A DNA stretch of 63,378 nucleotides, counting the filler, from Pelomyxa schiedti (taxonomy: Eukaryota > Protista > Evosea): assembly GCA_020536535.1 (NCBI GenBank). It is 16 parts of 16 records of this genome, joined end to end, with 100 filler letters (N's around TTAATTAATTAA, not from the genome) between each part and the next. Parts side by side here need not be neighbours in the genome. Positions count along the whole stretch, not along the records: positions 56,238 to 57,702 come from JAHLWZ010002487.1; positions 57,803 to 59,607 come from JAHLWZ010002264.1; positions 59,708 to 62,138 come from JAHLWZ010001991.1; positions 62,239 to 63,378 come from JAHLWZ010002779.1; 12 more parts are not named here. One strand, written 5' to 3'. The translations under genes were made by a program, and so were the position numbers. Shown here in pieces: positions 56,801 through 63,378 of the stretch (the first letter of the stretch is position 1; every line of letters begins with the position of its first letter). The notes beneath the pieces were generated by a model that did no database searches, was not told the DNA's origin, and worked only from the letters and a program-made list of their open reading frames with translations.

Positions 56801-57962
56801 TTTTTTTCTGTTGCACTGTTTGGAAACTAGAAGATACAGCAAGAGAGGGAGTATGACTTTGTACTTTTGAGCAAATTCCTCAAGGTTTTGCTTGAAAACG
56901 ACAAGTTGTTCATTCATCTGAAAGAGAGTGTGACGCAACCACAACAAGAGCAAGGAGTAAAACATACCAACTTCATTTGATCCTCAGCAAACTCATTTCC
57001 TTTATTCTTAAATTGTGCCTATATACAACAGCTCAATTGGCATCAAAACAAAGACGACAACCTTGCACCCACAATTACAAAGCACCCCATACATTGGATG
57101 CCTGCGCGTGCAAAGTGCGCGACACACCAACACCTCGTCGCATTCCAGATTCAAACAACAAGTTTTTATGAACTCAAACCAGAGGCCACACGCCACACAC
57201 TAGGCAGCACGATGAGTATTTAAGCGGAGGGGTGAAGGGGGGTTGAAGCAATGCATTGTGGGATTCCACGTTCATTTGGGGAATGATGACCAAGTGATGG
57301 AAGGAGAAAAAAAAAACGCAAAAGGGAAAAGAAGATAGTTACAAGGGGTGTTTATAAGATAAGACCGTTGACATGAACAGCAGACCAGCCTACGGATCTA
57401 GTGGTCAGCCAAGATCCCAGCGGTAACGTCACCGTTGTTTACGATGTTTATTCAGTTCGTGTTTTGCGTTTTTTCCCATACTCTCTTGGGAAGCGTAACG
57501 CGGTTATTATAGCCTATGTGTGAGGGTATATTGTTAATAGTAATAAGAATTGCGTTGGGGGCTTTTTTTTTCACCAAAAAAACAAAATATATAGGGATGA
57601 CTTGATGACGAGGGGTGACGGTTCGTTGGCCAGCCCCACTAACGTCGGCTATGATGACATGTGTATGTGTGCCTTTGGTTGTTGGGCTATTGGCTAACAT
57701 TTNNNNNNNNNNNNNNNNNNNNNNNNNNNNNNNNNNNNNNNNNNNNTTAATTAATTAANNNNNNNNNNNNNNNNNNNNNNNNNNNNNNNNNNNNNNNNNN
57801 NNATCTTCCTTTGAGCCCATTTGCTGACAGATCCTGCGGCACCGGAAAGCTGGCCAAGTTGCAGACTAATTTCGTTGGTCTAGTGGCAAAGCCCCTTGCT
57901 GCGATCTTGAATCTCGCCAGCCCCGCTGCCGGTTTGTTAAGCAATCTCGAGGCAACTAACGA

Positions 57963-58626
57963 CTACTGGTCTGACAATCCCGCACCACTAGAGCTCAACT
58001 GAAACACTTCGGCGTTCTGGCGCAAAAGGATAGGCGTTGCTTTGCTAGAGGAGAACAATAGAGAAGAGAAAAGGAATTTTTCCGCGTTTGGATAAGTCTT
58101 CACTGTCAGTGGAAGCGTCCTTGCTTCATCATCAGCCGAGTGGTAATGGAGGCATTCAACTGAAGAGTTGCCTCCGGTGGCGTGCTGTGTGATCTCCGCG
58201 TGTGTCGTCGAAGGCTTACCATCGTCGCTGTTAGAATCCGACTTGGAGCAGCACCCGATGTGCCTGGCAGTCGTGCACTTTGTGCACCTGTAGTGCTGCT
58301 CCCCGGCGACCACCCGGGAGCACGTGTCACACTGCGCGTCGCCGTCTGGCTTGGGCGCGGCGGCCTCAACGAGCTCCAGGCGGTGGCTGTGCTTCTTGAT
58401 CTTGATCATCCACGGCGGCGACGCAGCCTTCTGTGGCACCTCACGTGGCACCAGTCGTTGCAGCTCTCGCAGAAGTAGACGTACACCTGCGCATCCATGT
58501 CGCCGTCACTGTTGCACACACAGCACTTGGGTTTGAGGAACCCTGGGTTCTTGCCGAACTGGAGCGGGTGCTTGTGCTTGTTGTTGAGGATGATCCACCT
58601 CTGCGGGTTCTGCGGATTCTCGAGGC
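57963..58626 (-). pseudogene. 5'-truncated, frameshifted duplicate of the DC1 gene
   Basis: About 75 nt near-identical to 59403-59478 (LENPQNPQRWIILN.KHKHPLQFGK); frameshift near 58436; continues HSHRLEL..CDTC...HYRCTKC..RHIGC. Confidence 0.75.
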
Positions 58627-58814
58627 TTCATGAACACCATTTTCAATGGGCGTGGGTTTTCAGGGAATTTATTCCAGCTGTTTGGCGCTACCTCAGGATC
58701 GGGAGCTGTAAAAAACCGGAAAGAAACAACAATCCTTTTCCTTATCTCTCATTCTTGTTATCCAGCTGTGTCTCACACCACGAACTACACCCCACACATA
58801 AGTATACATCAGAA

Positions 58815-59607
58815 TCACGGTCGCTGTTCATGATCCGCCTTTTCCTTCCCCTTGTCTGCCTTTGCCCTCACTGCACCGAGGGAATCACCACCCTCGTTTT
58901 CTTCCTCCTCCTCCTCGTGCCCCTCGTCGTCCTCATCCTCATCGTCATCGTCATCCTCGTCGTGGTGGTGGCGCTTGCTCCATTGCACCCCCCTGGTGCT
59001 GGACGATGACTTGGCGCCAAAGGGCAGGGGCCTTGTGCAGCACCCCACGTGCACCACCGTGTTGGGGCACTTTGTGCACTTGTAGTAGTGCTCCTCGCCG
59101 CCCTCGATCAGCCCAGAGCACTGGGCGCACCGCTGTTCCTCGTTGTCTGTCCCGTCCTCCTCCTCGTCGTTGTCGTGTTCGTCGTTTTCATCTTCGCCTT
59201 GTGGTTTGGGAGGCGCGGCTTCCTTGAGCTCCAGGGGGTGCTTGTGAGTCCTGACGTTGATCGTCGGCGGGAGCGGGGTCGGCGCGCCCGAGCACCCGAC
59301 GTGGCAGAACGCATGACAGGCACCGCAGAAATAGACTCCGCCTTCTTTGCCCTCACCACCATCGGCACAAGCACAGCACACGCCGCTGAGGTCCTTGGGG
59401 GCCTTGCCGAACTGGAGCGGGTGCTTGTGCTTGCTGTTGAGGATGATCCACCTCTGCGGGTTCTGCGGATTCTCGAGGCACTCGACGTGGAAGAACACGT
59501 TCTCGGTGTGGCACTTGTACGCCCACGCGGGTCCCGGTTTTGGCTTGTTGCAGTGGTGGCACGTGAACTCGCCGCTGCTCAGGACCAGCTGCACTGGGTG
59601 TGTGTCT
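58815..59607 (-). CDS. Protein with three DC1 (divergent C1, Cys/His-rich) domains and acidic tracts, 5' truncated
   Basis: H.H.L...C..C...Y.C..C....HV.C pattern three times. Confidence 0.8.
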
Positions 59608-59707
59608 NNNNNNNNNNNNNNNNNNNNNNNNNNNNNNNNNNNNNNNNNNNNTTAATTAATTAANNNNNNNNNNNNNNNNNNNNNNNNNNNNNNNNNNNNN
59701 NNNNNNN

Positions 59708-62123
59708 AAGCCAGACGGTGAAAAGCACGACGGAGAGTGGAGGGCCGGGGACAGGCACGGCCGAGGGGCCCACTCGTGGTCCTCCGGCAACACCTACGAC
59801 GGCGAGTGGCACAACGGCCACATGGACGGGTGGGGTGTGTCCCACTTCCCCGGCGGGTGGTATGAGGGGCTGATTAGGGGCGACAGGTGGAAGAGGGGGA
59901 CGTGGAATGAAAAGAACGGGGACGTTAGGTCTGGTGAGTGGGCGTGGAGTGCAAAAGAAGACGCGAATGAGATGCAAGGGTGGGGTGTGCAAAGGAGGAC
60001 AAGCACGGGGCCCAGGGCAGTGGTGACAACGGTGTATGAGGGTGAGTGGGACAGGGGCCAGTGGCACGGGAGTGGAACGTGGTGGTCACCTGATGGATCG
60101 GGTGGCATCTACCACGGCACGTTTGACCACGGCAAGAGAACTGGGCAAGGGAGGATGCTGTTTGGTGACAACAGCCAAGGTGGAGGGAGCTACGTTGGGG
60201 AGTGGAATGACGACATGTTCCGCGGGAGGGGTGTGAGGCTGTGGGCAAACGGTGACAGGTACGAGGGCCAGTGGGTGTGTGGAAAGGAGAATGGACAAGG
60301 CACAAAGACGTGGTCCATCGGATGGTCGTCATTCACAGGGTTGTGGGACGTGGGTGTGCCAAAGAAGGGAACGAGGAGGTGGCCGAACGGTGATCAGTTT
60401 GAGGGCACCTTCAAGCCACAAGGGGGGTTGGGTGACGGTTGGGCATGCTGTGGAGAAGGCACTCTGACGCTTGCAGGGGTTGGTAAGTTGAGGGGAACCC
60501 TTAACGGCAACACTTTCAAAACAAGCACCAGCTCAATTGCCCAGCAACATGAAATGGGGTCATCACAGTCTGAGAACCTTCAGCGGATTGAGGTGTGAAC
60601 TTACTTTCTGTCTCTTACTTTTTTCTGTTTCTGATTTCAGAGTTTTTTCAAACTGCCAGGCACTGAAGAAGAATCACATTCAAGAAAAAAATCAGCTGGA
60701 GGCAGCGTGGCAAAGTGAAATGACAAAAATGCAGCAGGAATGGGAGGTATGTTCCCTGTCCATTGGCCATCCTTTAAAACACCTGTTTCAAATAAAAAAA
60801 GAGGAAATACACTGGACAGATCGACCTGCTCGCAGAAATTTTTCGAAAATTGCAGGAAACCATGGAACAACAGCATGACCAGCTCCAGAAACAAGCGGCA
60901 GAGGCTGGGGACCAACTATTTTCTCCAACAAAAAAGGAAACTGCTGTGTGTGCTACACCTGTTGCATACAATGAACTGAATGAAGCATTCAAACTGACAA
61001 CACATCTGCGTCGTCAGTTGAGGCAATCAGCACCAGAGTTTATTATACTAGCCGAGTCAGTTGATAAACTGAATCAGAGCCTTCAGGGATCCACGCAACA
61101 CAACGAGAAACTGACATCACATCTGAGTGACCTTGGCACGTTGAAGGCCACACTTGGGAAGGAACTTCAGGAATTTGATGAGTCCTGCAAGGAACACCTG
61201 GGACAGACACTTACAGTTCAGAACAGTGAGGCAGAAATGCACGAGTGCTCCAGGAAAATCTCAGTGCTGACATCAAAGCTTCTAAGCATCAAGACAGGTG
61301 GGGCTCCAGAATGTACTCTTTCTCAGCCACAAGAAGGTATTGCCATACTCTCTTCAAAAAAATCAGTCTCTAATCTGTCTCAAAGAAACTGGCAACAGTG
61401 AAAGTTTATTGAAGGTTGGAAACGTGTTGCAAGAGCAGACTCTGGATGATGTTGTCTCTACCACGGCAGCAATACTGCAACCATTCTCAACGTTGACCTC
61501 ACTCACAGAGACACTCACACATATTCAAGGGTGCCAGTTCGAAGAGTGCACAAAGCTCGCAGACCAACACATTGCTCTGTCAAAGGAGCTTGCAGAAAAA
61601 GTCACACTCAGCCGCAAACTCCACAAGGCAATCGCGGAAATGCAGGAAGAGTGCTCACAGATGAAGAGGGAACACAAATCCAAGATGATGCTCATCCATG
61701 TGCTGGAGGGTGACGAGCAGTTCATTGGATCGCCAAATGTGTTCTCTCAGCTCTGCAAGTTGCTCCCACAGGCCCAGCAGGCTGTTACTGGTCTTATGGC
61801 ATCCAAGGCCGCTTCCCTTTCTGCCCTTGTGTCCACCCCTTCAAGCACACTTCCGGGGTGCACCTCCTCTGCCACATTGTCTTCAGCAGGTGTGACTGCA
61901 GCACCCACTGCCACCATCGTGAACAAACTGTGCATCGAGTGTGATGAGAGGCAACCAAATGTTCTATTCCAGCCCTGTGGTCACGTTGTCCTGTGCTCTC
62001 AGGCATCTCGACGCTTTCTCTTTCATTGTTCTATTCACAACTAATCACACACAGTGCGCTGCCGTTGGAATGAGGAAGTGCCCTCTCTGCCGCACGCCAA
62101 TTCATCAAAAACACTTTGTCTGA
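59708..62123 (+). CDS. MORN repeats + coiled coil + C-terminal C3HC4 RING (putative E3 ligase), 5' truncated, multi-exon
   Basis: Many (Y/H)(D/E)GEW..G..HG.G repeats; CIEC...VLFQPCGHVVLCSQ, intron, CAAVGMRKCPLCR; stop at 62123. Confidence 0.85.
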
Positions 62124-62239
62124 TTTAAGTAACATTGTNNNNNNNNNNNNNNNNNNNNNNNNNNNNNNNNNNNNNNNNNNNNTTAATTAATTAANNNNNN
62201 NNNNNNNNNNNNNNNNNNNNNNNNNNNNNNNNNNNNNNG

Positions 62240-63378
62240 GACCAGATGATGTCGCTGGCCATGGCATCGCACCCCCGCTGTGGCTCCCGCTCCTCGCTCT
62301 CGTCGATCTTGTTGCTGTTGATGACCACCACATCGATGGCTGGTTGTTGTTGTTGTTGTGACGGCACTCTGGTGCTCAGGCTGTTGTGGAGGTGGTTGAT
62401 GGGAACTGAGAGGTTCTTCTGCGTGTCTTGGAGCTGCACGCAGTACCATGTGATGATCACATTCGGTGTCTCCTCGGTGTTGTTGACCCTCACTCATGAA
62501 GTGAAGTGGTGGGTTTATGATTGGCGCCGGAAACTGTTGGGTGCAAATGACCACCAGTTGGTGGAAGGGCGGAATGTGTACCACTTGAAGGACAGAGTGA
62601 CTGGGCAACTGCTTGAAATTGACAACTATTATGAAGAAGCTTGTACAAATGGGAAGTGGTTTGTGGGCTTTTCCAAGCAGTTACTGTTTGTGATTGAGCT
62701 GCCAAAGAGGGGAGAACAAAGCACAGCAATGCGATCAACAGTGGTTCCAATTTCACCTGTTGGGAGCAAATGGAAGGGATTGACACATTCCTTTTGCAGT
62801 TTCAATGCTGACAACCTGTTGGTTCGCTTATCTGTTTCGTCCAAAAGTGTTTGTGTGCATTTCATTCTGATCGACCTCGCACAAACAAAGTCATCAGGAA
62901 AACTTGTTGCTGCCGCCTCTGCGATTGTTCACATCGAGGACAGTGACGAGAATCCTGATGCCCTGGAGAGGGATGATTTCATGACCAACGAATGTGTTGT
63001 GTGTTCCACAGAGAGTGGTGCCCACTCGTTTGTCACAATGACTGAACATGCCAGGCTCATTTCCATTGACGAGGGAACTGGCAAAGTTCATAAACTTGAT
63101 TCCAAGAGATACAAATTGTTTTCAGGGACACATGTGATTTCACAACTGAGTGTGTCACAGTTCTGTGTTTTCAAATGGGGTTCTGTTTATGATGTGTGGG
63201 ATATCAATGACCCGACCAAACCAGTGAGGGAATGCAAGTTACTGCCTGGGTTCACCACCACTGAGTCTTTTTCTGAAGGTGGATTCATGTTCCAGATGAG
63301 CGAATCACACACTGAAATACACGTGAGCGAAGAGTGCTCTGGTGACCACGTCATCACCTTCAAGTTATTCAGGCCTCT
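62240..63378 (+). CDS. HPRCG-family member 8 (open at both ends; missed by the ORF track)
   Basis: DQMMSLAMASHPRCGSRSSL...LRLLWRWLM...ITFGVSSVLLTLTHEVKWW...LIDLAQTKSSGKL...YDVWDINDPTKPVR...SGDHVITFKLFRP; closest to member 7. Confidence 0.88.

Overview
Eukaryotic protist DNA, not prokaryotic. The window is an artificial concatenation of 16 contigs joined by 15 N44-TTAATTAATTAA-N44 linkers. Three further 100-N scaffold gaps are each flanked by an exact 121-bp duplication, so neighbourhoods across linkers are meaningless. Amoebozoan-type actin ([10 protein letters not shown]), introns mostly 43-67 nt, and low-complexity proteins point to an amoebozoan. From memory of its gene families, Pelomyxa-like Archamoebae is my best guess (inference, not searched). 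Housekeeping genes: eEF2, actin (5' part), DDX20/Gemin3, an eIF4B-like 5' part, an ARF-family 3' end, tRNA-Thr(CGT) and tRNA-Pro(AGG). Most of the rest is lineage-expanded, fast-turnover families. The main one is a mostly intronless family seen nine times on five contigs, including a 4-gene tandem array. Its members have a frequent Met-Gly start, an ARDQ..AL...HPRCG..SP.R.L...L..LW F-box-like motif, a hypervariable middle and a conserved beta-rich C-terminus. Other families are ankyrin-kinases with pseudogenes, MORN-kinase and MORN-RING, DC1 zinc-finger proteins, degenerate ankyrins and an AIG1/septin-like GTPase. Genome-level signals are CpG-island-like 5' ends over CpG-depleted gene bodies, T-biased +4 splice donors, a GC-AG intron, unrelated ~90-100 nt fold-back hairpins, microhomology deletions, a dispersed repeat and tRNA remnants. 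The best candidate for an undescribed system is the HPRCG family as a diversified, membrane-anchored ubiquitin-adaptor repertoire; that function is inference only.
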